This document shows positions 21,247 to 39,800 of a stretch of DNA of 64,000 nt, piece after piece. The stretch lies in NCBI RefSeq assembly GCF_009914755.1, contig NC_060926.1. The stretch is one strand, 5' to 3'. A program made the position numbers and the translations under genes. Each line of letters starts with the position of its first letter. Position 1 is the first letter of the stretch. The notes under the pieces were generated by a model that was not told the origin of the DNA, made no database searches, and was given only the letters and a program-made list of their open reading frames with translations. Origin of the DNA: the human T2T-CHM13v2.0 reference genome, Homo sapiens.

Positions 21247-21711
21247 AAGGCAAAATATTGGTTCCCTATCATCCTTTGAAGGTGACTAATTCCTTTTTTC
21301 AAACAAATATCAGATACTTTGATCTTAGATTTAGACACATTTGATGAGTTTCAAGCTATTACAGCTATTATAATTATTGAAGCTTTTCAGTGACAACTGG
21401 ACAATGTGTGCCTACTATAGTCCTGTCATACAATACCCATAGTTTTGCCATAGGGATTGAACCTATGTCTAATTCACCTCTGGATCAGCTATTTGCAGGA
21501 AATACAGAGTTTAGGGAAACACACTGAACTGCACCAAGAGAATTCAAATAACAAATTGTTGACCTATGGCCAATGGGAGCCTCCTCAGGTTGGCCTCTGA
21601 GTCCTTTTGACATAACTCTAGTAGTCTTTGATGGCTTGCTTGCAATCTGGTATTACACGATACTCCAGGTTCATCTTGTATTTTTCCTGCCCCAAACTTG
21701 GGATCAACTAT

Positions 21712-22612
21712 TGCTTTGGGTAAACTCTTAAACCATGCTTTTCCTCTGCTCTCACACCACAACAATCAACACAGAAGACTTCTGTGACCAAATATATGGG
21801 GGTTTTCCCCCAACTACAAGCAGTGAACACCAGCTGGGTGTCTTCCAATTCAACTCCGACTCTATGTACCTGCAGATAACATCGGATTCCACAGGTCGAG
21901 GGCTCAGACCCCAAGATTGCCCCCTCCTTCAGACACTAGTTGCAAGTTTGGGCCTCTGAAAGTTCTGACTGACCAGCTTCAAGTTGGGGTTCCCATGACC
22001 CCCTCTTTGGGCTTGATTAACTTGCTGGAGTGGCTCACAGAACTCAGGGAAACACATTTACCAGTTTATTATAAAGGATATTACAAAGGAAGCATATGAA
22101 GAGATTTGCAGGGCAAGGTATGGTTGAAGGGTTGTAGAGCTTCCAGGCCCTTCCTGGCCATGCCACCCTCCAGGAACCTCCACTTGTTCAGCTGTCCAGA
22201 AGCTCTCTGAATCCTCTCCTTTTGGGTTTTTATGGAGGCTTCATTACATTGACAACTGTGTGGAAATGTGATTGGACAAAAAGGATATGATCTCATACTA
22301 ATAGACTGAGTGGGGAAATCCAGTAAGGTCTGTTTGTTCGGATTCTTCTTGGCCTCTTGGTAAAGTATGGGACGAAACCCTCTCTGGATTGAGGGCCTTT
22401 TGACCCTTAATCAGATTAGAGTCCTGACTGGGCAGGTAAAAGGAGGACAGGACAAGGTGAGAGAGATTCTGTTTCCTGAGGCCTGCTCCTGAGGCCTAAA
22501 GCACCCCAACATTATAACAAAAGACTGTAACAAGGGCTATGGGAGTTATGAGACAGGAACTGTGGACGAAAACATAGATTTTATATATATATACATAAAA
22601 TCATAGTATCAC
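21712..22612 (-). mobile_element. MER21-like LTR
   Basis: cacagaagacttctgtgacc; cttgctggagtggctcacagaactcagggaaacac; terminal atagtatcac. Confidence 0.72.
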
Positions 22613-23023
22613 GCCCATTTCTTGAGAAGTCCTGGTTTCTTTTAGTGAGAAACAATACTTCAAGGCCCCAATCTGGGTGCTAAGAGATGTTCAATGGTAC
22701 ATCATTAGTTATTGTCTTTATGCTTTTTTTAGTGGACAAAGTGAAATAATCCATGAGTTTAATATTTACAGTTAGATAGTTTTTGTATCAATAGGACTTT
22801 TGTTTAACCCCTTCTCTATTATACCTGTGTATTCTTTCTTTTCTACTGAGAATACTTGTTCTTGAGGATGATAGAATTAGAATATGTTGTAATTGTGTAT
22901 TTGTTTTATCCCATATTACCCACCCAAGAGTATCAGAATAACAGTGCTAATACTCCCACTGACATAATTATTGAAAACATTTTAAACTTTGCATATATTT
23001 TCTCTGTTCTCTCTCATCATTTA

Positions 23024-24658
<1,635 letters not shown>

Positions 24659-24765
24659 CATTTGTCTTGTCAGACCACATAGTCATATATATATATATAT
24701 ATTCAATTTTTTTTGTCTCTTAGCCCTTATTTATTTGTAGTTCTACAGGTAATTATAATTGAATG

Positions 24766-26457
<1,692 letters not shown>

Positions 26458-27639
26458 CATATGCTTGGATTAAATTTGCAAGTGTTATAATACCTAAAAT
26501 TCTATAAAAGAAAATAAATGTTTAAAATTTCAAGCCAGTTATCCTTGTGGGAATTTATGTGGATGCTGCAAATAGAAAGAGCAAAGCAAAGGAAAATCTT
26601 ACAAGTAAAATCCCACTTTTGTAATTTCATATTTTCCTAAAAGTAGAGATTAAGCTATGTTTGAAAGATCTTAATTTTCATCCCACAGAATAAATAGAGC
26701 AATAACATTTTATTTTGTAACCAATCAATTTTAGTTTCTCTATCTTCTTTACATAATATTGTATTTGAAAACTTTTTTTATCATATGTGGTGCAAACACA
26801 TAAGCATACATATTTAAGTGCACAGATATTGTTTCCAGTAGGATTTAAAATTGCAATATACTGTGGTGTTGACTGTTCTGGGAAAATACTATCAGCTATG
26901 TGGTGTGCTCTTTCAATATGCAATTAAGAATCTTTTTTATTTTCAGGAAAGTGTTTTTTTTTTTTAAAGTAAATGTATACAGTTTAATATTTGTCCTATG
27001 CCCTTGCTTTGGTTTTCTTTTATAGGAATTTCTATTACCTGTGTGTTTAATTTACTTTACCTTTCTCTTTTCCTTTTGATCTCTCTTCATTTCTTTTTGA
27101 TTTAAAAAGTTTTCCTCTTTTTCACTTTCTAGAAATTTCTCTACAGGTACTTGTTGCATTTACTTGCTTGTATTCTTTCTGGTTTAGTATTCATTTATGA
27201 ACTGATTTTCTCCTCTTCTTATTCTTATTCTTTCTTGAGCTGTGTCACCTTGTTTCTGAGGCTTCCTGATTCTGAGTTAGGTTGTTGTTAATGTCTCTTA
27301 GCTCATCTTGAAATAATAGGCTACAATTTTTCTTTCTTTTGTGGGCATGTCTTTTTGGCATACTTTCATTATCCTTGGGATGTTATTTAGCTTCCCATTT
27401 TCTTTTTTCTTATTATAATTTTGCATGTGATTTGACCTTGATACTACTGTGTTTTTGTTTTTGTGTGAAATCTGTTTCCCTGTACTTTGAAAAAATAAGG
27501 TGGAATTCCACAGAGCTTTTCTAATTTCACAGAGCTCCCTCTTCTGTTGCTTTTGTGTAGTGTTCAAAAATATGGTGGTTTGCTTTCTGGGATTTTCTGG
27601 CTCCATTCCCCTCTCCATTTAGGTCTAGCGTTTCTATTT

Positions 27640-27748
27640 CCATGTAATATCTGAGACATACATCCACTAAAAAATTATTTAGTGTTTATTTAAAATTCGC
27701 ACTTAACTGAACATCCTGTATTTTTCTTTGCTACATCTGGCAACACTA
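27640..27748. mobile_element. MER53 half element (hAT MITE)
   Basis: gacatacatccactaaaaaattatt...atctggcaacacta. Confidence 0.7.
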
Positions 27749-28064
27749 GTTGTAAATATTTTCCATGTGCTTTGGTTTTGCAATCTAGTTCTGCTGTTTT
27801 TATGTAGAGATTTGCAGAGATTGAAAAACTATGTGGTTGCTGCTGTTGCCACTTTCCCAGAATATGCCACATAATTTTCAAATGTAATCTTCTTTCCTTT
27901 CTTTTACCGCCTTGGTGTACTTCTCGCTTCCCTTACACATATTTCACCCTGTATCTCCTCAGATAATCCATGTTCTAAACCTAGTGTGCATTTTTCTATA
28001 ATTTTTATTACATGTATTTAATCATACATGCCTATAAGCATTACATATGGTTTTCTGTTTTTTA

Positions 28065-28388
28065 ATTTTTTTTAAATTTATTATTATTATTATTATTTTA
28101 ATTTTGGGGGACAGAGTCTCACTCTGTTGGCCAGGCTAGAGTGCAGTGGCGCACTCTCAGCTCACTGCAACCTCCATCTCCGGGTTCAAGTGTTTCTCCT
28201 GCCTCAGCCACCCAAGTAGCTGGGACTACAGGTGTGCATCACCATGCCCAGCTAATTTTTGTATTTTTAGTAGAGATGGGGTTTCATCATGTTGGCCAGG
28301 CTGGTCTCAGACTCCTGACCTCAGGTGATCCGTCCGCCTTGGCCTCCCAAAGTGCTAGGATTACAGGCATGAGCCACCATGCCCGGCC
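28065..28388 (-). mobile_element. AluS
   Basis: Alu consensus. Confidence 0.9.
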
Positions 28389-30176
28389 TGTTTTTTCTTT
28401 TCTCTTCTTTCTTTTTTTTTTTCTTTTTAAACAAAAGATCACATAGTATACACTTTTCTTCATCTTGATTTTCTCTGTCAACAACATCCTGCGGAAATCC
28501 CTCCAACTCATAGAACTCTATTTCCCTCTTTTTCATAATATTCAGAGATGTGCATGATCTGTGATTAGTTCAACCATGTTCTTAGTGTTGGTCTTTGTAG
28601 ATTTTTTGCCACTACAAATGCATCTGTAATAAACACCCTTATACAGATCCTTATAAGTGATTGCTTTTGTTTCTGTGAGAGAGACTTCTGGGAGTATATT
28701 TAGTGAGAAAAATGTGTTTCTGATTGTTGCAGGAATGGAGATTGGGGCATTCAACATCCATGGCATCCCCCTTAAAGCACACTTTCCCAAAGAAGAGTGG
28801 GCGTAAAGCTAAAAAAGCAACACCCCAGACTCCAATTAGTTCAGCCAAGTAAATAGCACTTGTGCAGGACTTAGTTGCTAGAAGTGAGTTATGTGATAAG
28901 TCACTGAAGCATTTGACTTTTTTGCACAGAAGGTGTAGTGAAGTTTCTCCCTACTGTCTTGTCCTTAATCTCATTCATGTCTGTAAAAAGTAGTGGTGTG
29001 GGACCCTCCATGGTGGGATTGGGTGTTTCTCCTGGCTGCATCATCACCCAAAATTGCCTGGAAATTATTAAGATAATATTCTGTAACAAATCCTGTTCAT
29101 TAAAACATGTTACAGTAGATTCTGTTGGCTAAAACAAGTGCCCTTAACCCCTACCAGCTGTGATTGCAGTAAACAGTACTTCAGTGAAATGGGGAGGTTG
29201 GATTGGTTATCTGCCTTCGTTGCAATTGAAAGCTGTGACAATCTGTTTGACATCAGAGAATGGTTGCTGGCAGTGCATGGTACACAGTGGTGGACGATTA
29301 CTTCAACTATCATCTGTGGATACCTGGAGTGAAGTACATATTGAAGATAATGCCTTGGCAGTCAAAGTAGCTGCTGTGACAGATGATGTGAAGGCCATAA
29401 GGAATATAAAGGTTGTGACTTGGGTGGGCTATTTCTAACTGCTTAAGGAAAGAAAATTAAAGCTTCAGGGTTTTAAATTCTTGCCTGAAGACATGGTTAG
29501 AGAACCAGGGAATTCCTATGACTGCCCTGAAATAATCTCTCCATGTAGTCCTACATGACTGAGGTTAACTGGCTTGCTGGATTAATATAGGTTGAACTCA
29601 TAGTCCTCCCTGATCTTTTAGGTAAAAACTTAGGGCATCAATTGGGAAAGGATGGCACCATGAGAATTTGGGGAAATTTGGGAAGATCTGAGGATACCAA
29701 GTACCTCAAACCCCAGTGAGTTTCTCTTGATAGCAGAAGCCCTCTCACCCTTACCCTACCCCATCTTATATGCCTGTTCCTGTCCTACTTTAAGCCCTTC
29801 TTGTGATCTCACCTAAGATAGTTTTCTTGTCAGCAGATGACAATTCTCATTATCCCCCTCCTGTCCCTGCTCATTGTACTGAAACATACAAGCAGTCATA
29901 TTGTCCTGTGTCCCAGGGGACCAATCACAAAGTTAAACCTTAGCAAAATAATTGCAAAGTTTTGCTAATTTATTTCAACAAGACATGGGTAATATATATA
30001 TGGACATGGAGTCTAAGAGATTAGGGACACACTTTTACATTGGCCTGAATTTACTTAATTTTAGAGGACCTAATTGCTTCTTTAGTTTGATTAAAACTTG
30101 GTGTGGCCTATGTGATGGGAAATTGAGATTCCAGAAACTCATACCAGAAACACATCAAAGTATGATATAAAGAAAT

Positions 30177-30538
<362 letters not shown>

Positions 30539-32785
30539 TCACTCACTCCCTTCCAAATTAAATTACCCAAAAAGGCTCAGAGAATATTTCTTTCACCATG
30601 ACATGGAAAAGTACAAATGTAAAAAAGTGGAAATGGAGAAGGAAAATTTGGATGAGGGATTTTGCTATAGAAATGTATACCTGGATTTTGGTGAAATGAT
30701 CCTATCCCACAGTGGCGGAGACCATGAAGTAGCACTTAACCAGTGGAGAAAGGCAGCATGGCTACACAATAGGTATCAGTGATAGAGTGGTTCTCAGAAT
30801 TGTCTGACCCATAGGAAACTTTGATGGTGGCTAACCTGAGGTACTCAGGGCCAAAATACATAGACAGACCACTAAGATTCTACTCAACTGTAAAACTAGA
30901 AGAAAAAAATTTGTTACGTGTATGGAAAGAGTCCTGACTTAAGCTATCCCAATGAAGAGTCATGTCCTCTCACCCTTTTTCCATTTCTGAGTCAGTTCAA
31001 TGACCCAGCACCCCTTGAATGAAGGAGAGATCAGGAACCCTGGGGAGGAACCCTGTGGTAACTTAGATATATATAACTCTTATTCCTCCTGTTTCCCAAG
31101 AAGACTCAGGCCTATTTACCATGGAAACTGAGCCCCAGGGAAGACAAACATTCAGATCTCTCAGGAATGATTAGCTACTGGGTCCAAAGCAAGCTTAATC
31201 CCTGAGAAAACTGAATTCCACTGTCGTCCCCCAGTCAGGGTGGGATTTATGAGAGCTAAGTGATGAATTTTGGGCTAGCATTCTTCTCACAGTGGCCCAG
31301 TGAATCTTATATCCATACCGTGTTTATTTTCCTAGTTCTGGAGTTCATAGTGGAAGTAGAAATATTCAGCTACTGGTAGAAAAATAAAGATTGTTCTCTG
31401 ACCCATGGAATCATGTCTATTATGGTAGAAAGGGCCAAGTGTAAGTACATGGAGATTCCTCTCCCTACCAAAGTTATAAACTAAAGACAATATCATATCC
31501 CTTTGGAATTATGGTGATGAGGTACCATCAAACACTTAAAATACTTATAAGTAGTGATTCTTACCACATCTCCATTTCACTCACCTGTTTGGTGTGTGTC
31601 TTTGAGAATTTTATTGGATTACTATAAGCTTAATCAGGTAGTAATTTCAATTAGAGTTGCTGATTCTCTTTACTGGAGAAAAATTAACCCAGAGCCTCAT
31701 ACCTGGAAGGTGAAATTGTCTTTTTTTCTATCTCCTAATAAGCAGATAATAGTAGAGGAAATTGCTTTTACCTGTAAGGGTCACTTATCTATCTCTATTT
31801 TCTTGGCTTAAGGTGGTCATACTTTGGTCCCTATGGGCATGAGTGTCTCACTGTCTTACTGGATATTACTTTGAGCCAATATATTGATGACATTCATTCT
31901 GATAGGAACTGAGAGCAGGAAATAGTAGGTATTCTCAATTCCCTGATGAGATACATGCCTGCTGAAAGGTGGTTGTGAAATCCCACAAGAATTCCAATGT
32001 GTTCCCTCATGGAAATGTTTGGGAATCTAATGTCCTGGGGAACATTAGCTGACACCTTCAAAATGAAAAACAAGTTGTAAAATGAAAAACACCCTGCATT
32101 CCTACCTTTAAGAAAAAGGTACAACACATGGCAGATTATTCTGGATTTTTGAGGCAACATATGGTGCATTTACTGAGTAACCTTTACTTTAGCCCGTTGA
32201 CTAAGTAAACTGTAAGGGGGCCAGACTTCAATGAACTGCAGAATAAGAGAAATTCTGGCTTGTTGAAGCTGCTTGGCACCCAGCTTTTATGATCCAAAGT
32301 ATGAAATAGTCCTCGAAGTATTTGTGGCAGATTGGGGTGATGTATAAAGGTTGCAAAAAGCCTAGATAGAAGAATCACAGCATAGCCCCTTAGGATTTTG
32401 GAGCAAAATAAAATTCTATTAGGAAAATCACTATTCTCCTTGCGAGGCTGTGGCTTGCTAGAGGCTGATAGAGACTGAGCACCTGAATATAGTACACTAA
32501 ATGACCATGAGATCTGAATTATCAGCATAAACTGGGTATTATCTGATTTACCATGCCTTGACATAGAGTATGCCTAGCAGGAGTTCATCATCAAGCAGTA
32601 GTAGTATGTATGAAATTGGGCTTGAACAGCTCTAAGAGGCACAATTCAGTTGAATGAATAGGGGTTGTTCAGTATTTACAGTGCTCTTATTTTTGACATT
32701 CTATAGAAATTTTTAAACATACAGAACAAAAGACTTGTCCAGTGAGCATCCATATACCTACCACGTAGATTCTACCATTAACATA

Positions 32786-32788
<3 letters not shown>

Positions 32789-32882
<94 letters not shown>

Positions 32883-33122
32883 AGTCTTGCTCTGTTGCCG
32901 AGGCTGGAGTGCAATAGCACGATCTCGGCTCACTGCAACCTCTGCCTCCTGGGTTCAAGTGATTCTCTTGTCTCAGCCTCCCAAATACCTGGGATTACAG
33001 GTGTTCGCCACCACGCCCATCTAATTTTTTGTATTTTTAGTAGAGATGTTGGCCAGGCTGGTCTCAAACTCCTGACCTCAGGTGATCCTCCTGATTACAG
33101 GTGTGAGTCACTGTGCCTGGCC
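32789..33122 (-). repeat. Compound (AT)n(AG)n microsatellite (32789-32879) forming the tail of a minus-strand Alu
   Basis: Read directly; catattc flanks both sides. Confidence 0.9.
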
Positions 33123-34411
33123 CATATTCTTATATATATATATATTTTTGCACATTATCTGTTCATTCCTGTATGTATCCACAAATTCATCTTGCTTTTT
33201 GGATGCATTTCAGAGTAACTAACCTAGTTCTCTACTTCTATTGCATATCCACCTATCCCTCAAGCCACACCTTTGGACTCTTGGGTTGTTCCTTGTGGCC
33301 AGCTGACTGAAGAGGAAAACCCTTAGCCTAGTTTATAGCTGGCACCAGACAATATTCTGTCAGTAGCGAGAAATGAAATCAGCAGCATTAGAGCCCTGCT
33401 CAGAGTGGGCCTTCAAGACAGTGGTGAAGAGAAATCTGCCCAATGTGCAGAACTTATATTAGTACATTCTATTTCCTCTTTGCCTGGAAGGAGAAGTATG
33501 AATGTACAGCAGTTAATAAGTAGTGATTAATTGTCTGGCCAGCCAGACAAGAGACTTGGGAGAAACAGCTCCAGAGGGCAGGGGACAAGGGAGTCTGAGA
33601 AAGAGGTGTGGTTTCAGAATGTGAGGATATTTGTGTAAAACATGAATGCTCACCAGAAAACCTCCACAGGGGATGAGACTCTCAATAATTGAGCAGACAA
33701 GATTAGCTGCTCTGGGTTTCAGTCAGCCTTTTTGCCCAGCTTGCACAATGAGTTTATGAACTAAGTGGCTATGACAGCAGAGATAGAGGCTGTGCTTGTG
33801 CTCAATTCTATGGTCTCTCATCATCAAGGCCGACCTAGCTTCCACTTGCTGAGCACCCAATCTTTCAGCAGCAAAATCCAATGGTAAGCACCTAATATAG
33901 TATCATAATCTAAGAAGATCAGCCAGCCACCTGGTGGCAGGTTGATTTTATTGGATCCCTGTCAATGTATTGCCCATACTAGAATAGACATTTATTCTAA
34001 ATATGTATTTGTCTTGCTTGCTTAACGAACATGCTTCTGTTAAAAATGCCATCCTTGAAATTACTGGATACCTTATTCCTGGCCATGGTATTCTGTACAA
34101 CATTGTTTCTGGCTAAGAAAGAAGCAAGGCAATGGGCTGGCCCATGCAGAAATTGCTGATCTTATCACGTGCCTCATTACCCAGAAACAACTGAGTATAT
34201 AGAATGGTTAAATGGCCTAATAAACTCAGGTACTGAGACAGCTGGAAGACAACTGGGGAAGTTAGGCGAGGGGAGTGGGTGCTTCAAAAGTCTGAACAAG
34301 TAACTATTAATAATATATGGTGCTGTTTCTCCTACAGTCAGAACTCATGGATCTGGGAACCAAGGGGGTGAAAGTGGTAGTGTTATTTTAAAATATTATG
34401 TCTAATGACCC

Positions 34412-34821
34412 ATGCTATGGTTCAAATGTGTCCCCCAAAAGTTCACAAGCTGGAAATCTAATTGTTAAATATGTTTTAGCAATTAAAGAGGTGATTTAGG
34501 CAGTTGCCTTTAAGAGGCAATTAGTCCACGAAAGCTCTACCCTCATTAAGGGATTAATGCTGTTATTGCAGGAGAGGGTTAATTATCATGAGAGTGGGCT
34601 CCCAATAAAAACATGAAGTTCAGCCTCCATCCCTCTCTGCCTCTTGCATGCATGTCTCCTCATCATATGATGCCTTCCAGCATAGGATGACCCTCACCAG
34701 ATGCTGGCACCTTGCTCTTGGACTTCCCAGCCTCCAGAACCATGAGTCAAATAAATTTCTCTTCCTTATAAATTATCCTGTATGTGGTATTCTGCTATAG
34801 CAGCAAAAATGGACTAGGACA
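34412..34821 (+). mobile_element. MSTB-like MaLR solo LTR inserted in the ERV-L
   Basis: tgctatggttcaaatgtgtccccc...gcagcaaaaatggactaggaca. Confidence 0.82.
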
Positions 34822-36178
34822 ACTTACCAAATGTTTGCTTCCTGTTCTTTCAATTTTTGGCTGTATTGATTTAGAGGTTTCTGTACCCAAAGAATTAATG
34901 TTTCCACCATGGGACAAAGCAAGGGCTCCACTGAATGGGAAACTGAAACTGTCACCTGATCATTTTGTATTCCTCATGCACCTGGATTAACAGGCCCAAA
35001 AGGGGATTACCATTTGGCTGGGGTAATTGATCCAGATAATCAAAGGGAAATAGGAATACTGCCACAAAACTGAGTGAGGAAAAAATATATCTGAACACAG
35101 GTGAGCCTCTAGAACACTCCGTAAGAATGGAATATCCAGTAATAAAATCTAGTGGGAGGCTACAGTACCCCTATGGTTTGGATCACCCCATGGATAAAAT
35201 GGCTCAACTGGCTGAGACACAGACTGAGAAAAAGAGAACATGATGTTGACATCACAGCATTTCAGTAATGTTCTGTAACTTGTGCCTAGCTGCAGAAATG
35301 AGGACTTTAGGAGCTATCTTATGATTCCTCAAATTATGCATATGCATATGTAATTACACATATATATTAAATATTTATTTTCAATTATGCATTTTAATAT
35401 TCCTTGTATCTTTCTTCCACTATTTTATATAAGGCAGATGTTTTTGTTATCTGATGATGTATAACAAACCACCTGAAAATTTAATGTGTTAAAACAACAA
35501 TTTATTAGCTTTCACAACTCTGTGAGATTACTGGGTACTCATGGGAGCTAGAGTACATCTTTCCAATAAATTTTTTAAAAAATTAAGTTGACCAGAGGAG
35601 TAATTCTATTGCCTACAACCAAAGAACACTAATTGGAACAGAAATTGGTATCTGAGAGTGTGTTCTAAGCAAAAGGCCCTCAAAGAAATATGGTGTATTT
35701 TGAATTGATTATCAGGCCAAGATAAGACAAGAGGCAATTACACTCCAATTTCTAACTGGGGCAAGGAAATGAATAGCTCATGGAACCCGGTGGAGAAATT
35801 CCAAAATTTCTAGGGAACTTGGGAGCAGTTGCCTACAATACACCCCAGAGCCTGCTCAAATGGGCACCTTAACAAAGTGGCCCTGGTGGCAGGGATGGAT
35901 ACTATATATGAACTAAAAATTATGAACTTCCTTTCACTAAATTTGAGCTCACTACCACCTCTGTTACATAACAATTGCTGACAACAGCATCCAGCTGTGA
36001 ACCAGTGATGATAGCAACAACGCCTTGAGAAGATAAGTGAGCTGAGATCATGGGGTCCCATTACACCATGGATGAGACAGCAATTTTGGACTCACAGGAA
36101 TGGGAACTTATTGCATATTTCATGTTGTGCTCACTGGTTCATCGTATACTAAATATATTACGTCTATCTAGCTGCCTA

Positions 36179-36576
<398 letters not shown>

Positions 36577-36884
36577 TTATAATTTTTTCTGATTATAAAA
36601 TCATTATAAAAATGAAGCTATTATTGGATCAACTTAGCCCTTAGTGGAAATGACTCATCCTAAGGAAGACTTTGCCACCAGGAGTCAATGGCAGGTTATA
36701 ATCAGTTTCCCTGCCACCCACTCAAGCACCTGGAAATGCCCTTCACTTTCTGCCCACCTAATGCCCCCAGAAGCCAACTGGGAGAGGAAATTAAAAGTTC
36801 TCCAATAGGCAGACATCTATATCAGCTCCAGTGAAACCACATTTATTCCAGTGTTCTATTCAGAATCTTTTGATCAGCCAGTTC

Positions 36885-38520
36885 AATTTGAAGTCCATTT
36901 ATTTCTTTCGACAATGTTAACCAAGCACCTCCTTATATGCCAGAGGCTTTTTTAGGGACTAGGCATGCAGTAATACAAAAAACACACCAAATCCCTTTTC
37001 ACACTACCTAGAGAGGGGTCCATACAGTGTTGTTCTGGATTGCCATCATAACTTAAAGGAAAATGTTCACAATGTCTGGAGTCCTTAATGTTCTGCAAAT
37101 GAAAGAGGAGGATGTCATCAAGTTCCTTGCAGCAGGAACCCATTTAGGTGGCACCAACCTTGACTTCCAAATGGAACAGCACATCTATAAAAGGAAAAGT
37201 GATGGCATCTACATCATAAATCTGAAGAGGACCTGGGAGAGGCTTCTGCTGGCAGCTCATGCCATTGAAAACCCTACTGATGTCAGTGTCATATCCTCCA
37301 GGAATCCTGGCCAGCAGGCCATCCTGAAGTTTGCTGCTGCCACGGGAGCCATTCCAATTGCCGGCCACTTCATTTCTGAAACCTTCACTAACCAGATCCA
37401 CTGGCAGCCTTCCGGGAGCCACATCTTCGGGTGTTTACTGATCCTAGGGCTGACCACCAGCCTCTCAGAGGCATCTTATGTTAACCTGCCTATCATTGTT
37501 CTGTGTAACACATTCTTCTTTGCACTATGTAGACAATGGCATTCCTTGCAACAAGAGAGTTCACTCAGTGGGTCTGATGTGGTGGAGGCTGGCCCAGGAA
37601 GTTCTGAGCATGCGTGACACCATCTCCCATGAACACCCATGGAAGGTCATGCCTGATCTTTACTTCTACAGAGATCCTGAAGAGTTTGAGAAGGAAGAGC
37701 AGGCTGCTGCTGAAAAAGCTGTGACCAATGAGGAATTTCAGGTTGAATGGACTGCTCTAGCTCCTGAGTTCACTGCTGCTCAGCCTGAGGTTGCAGGCTG
37801 GTCTGAAGGCATGCAGCTGCCCTCTGTGCCTATTCAGAAGTTGCCTACTGAAGACTAGAGTGCTTAGCCTGCCACGGAAGACTGGTCTGCAGCTCCCACT
37901 GCTCAGGCCACTGAATACATAGGAACAACCACTGAATGGGCTTAAAGCTGTTCTTCCACAGGCTCTTAAGCAACATGGAAATAAGGCTGGTGGAAAATAA
38001 ACATCATTTTCTAAAATAAACAAACAAACAATCAAACAAAAAGACAAAAATCGCTTCTCATGGAGCTTGCATTCTCATGGTGGGAAGTGAGACAAACAAT
38101 AACTAAATAAATAAATTTGGGTGGTAATAAGTGCAAAGAAAAAATAAGACATGGGCAAGGGCATGGGTATGTTGGGTTATCAGAGAAGGCCTCTAGTAGG
38201 GCAGAGACTCTGGAATATGTTCTAGGCAGTGAGAACAGCCCATGCAAGGGCCCTGAGGCGGCAGTTTGCTCTGCACGTTGAGGAACAGTGAGGAAGCCAG
38301 CATGGCTGGAGTGGGGTAAGCAAGGGGCATGAGTAGGAGTTTAGATCTGGAGGTATTTCAATGGAAGCCAGATCATGTAGGCTCCTGTAGGCTTTGGTTA
38401 GGACTCTGAATTTTATTGTGAGTGTGGTTGAAAACCCTTGTAGCATTTTGAATAGAGACATGAAATGCTCTGTTTAATGATTTAGTGGGATCACTCTTGC
38501 TCCCCTGTAGAGAATGGTCT
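36885..38520 (-). mobile_element. L2 3' region hosting the RPSA retrocopy
   Basis: L2 sequence is continuous across the insert: ...aaacacaccaaatcc | cttctcatggagcttgcattct... Confidence 0.72.
36995..38045 (+). pseudogene. RPSAP28: Processed RPSA (40S ribosomal protein SA/laminin receptor) pseudogene, probably RPSAP28
   Basis: Intronless. RPSA-like 5' UTR, ATG at 37072 ([36 protein letters not shown]), [12 protein letters not shown] motif, frameshifts near 37400-37520, premature TAG at 37856, original TAA at 37943, AATAAA at 37996, decayed A-tail. RPSA identity is secure; the copy number comes from recall of the locus. Confidence 0.9.
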
Positions 38521-38904
38521 TGGTCTTTGATGCAAACCAATTCCATGCCTCTACATTTCTTCATCTTCAGCCATATAAAAATGCAAGCTCCCCCCATTTC
38601 CTCTCACTGAAAGGCTTTCATCTCCCTATTTCTGCAAGTCTTTCTCTTGGGCTCATCTTCCACTGCTGACCTCCTTTCTCCAAACTTGTGTTGCAATTGT
38701 AGGCAAACTTCCCTGCCTAAATAGCCTTTCACCTTATCCCATCCTTAACTGACACCTCTCTTTCCCCTGAGGACACAACTGTCCTTGCAACCTCTGCAGG
38801 GCAGGTTGACATGTTCCCATGTTCTACTTATTATACAACAGAACCAGCACTTAGACTTGCCTGCTCCCACTGACCCACTGGAAGCTTCTACACTGTTTGG
38901 TTTA

Positions 38905-39110
38905 ATGGGAAGCTGCACAGACTTTGTAGTCAGGCTGGACTTGAATCTCCACTGCACCCCCTTTTACTGGCTGGGTTACACTGGGCAAATTATTTAACTT
39001 AATATGAGCCTTGGTTTCCTCACCTGTAAAATACATTGGACAATTTTTGTCAAGATTACAGGAAGCGATGATTGTAAAATACCCATTATAGTGCCTAGCA
39101 CTCAAAAAAC
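38905..39110 (+). mobile_element. MIR
   Basis: ctgggcaaattatttaactt...cttggtttcctcacctgtaaaat. Confidence 0.72.
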
Positions 39111-39233
39111 CTTACTCTTCTCTTCCCTCCTGTCCCTTTGATAACCATATGACCCTCTTGTCACTTATCTGTATAGTGTGCAGGTAGAATGTGGCATTTG
39201 ACTCACCTCGCTAATCCAGACTTCATCCCCATT

Positions 39234-39800
39234 TGTGATGGTTAATCTTAGGTGTCACTTTGAGTAGATTAAGGAATGCCTAGAAAATTGGTAAAGCATT
39301 ATTCTGGGGGTATATCTGTGAGGGTGTTTCCAGAAATGATTAGAGTATGAATCTGAGTAGACTAGGTGGAGATCTGCCTTCAATGTGGGCAGGTACCATC
39401 TAATTGGCCGGGGGACCTGAGAGAACAAAAACAGAGGAAAGGCTAATGTATCTATCTATCTGCTTCAGCGGGTATACACTCTTCCGCTCCTGTCCTTGGA
39501 CAACAGAACTCCAGGTTTTCCAGCTTTGGACTCCAGAACTTATACCAGCAGTCCTCCAGGTTCTCAGATCTTACACCTCAGACTGAGAGGTATACCATCA
39601 GCTTCCCTAGTTCTGAGGCCTTTAGACTTGGACTGAGCTATGCTACCAGCATCCCAGGGTCTCCAACATGGAGGTGGTCTGTTGTGGAACTCATCAGCCT
39701 CCATAAGCTCATGAGCCAATTCTAGTAAATCTCCTCTCATAAATCCATATATCTACATCTATATAGCCTATTGGTGTGTATTGCTGGAGAATCCTAAGAG
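39234..39800 (+). mobile_element. MLT2 (ERVL) LTR
   Basis: tgtgatggttaatcttaggtgtcac...ctggagaatcctaa. Confidence 0.8.
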
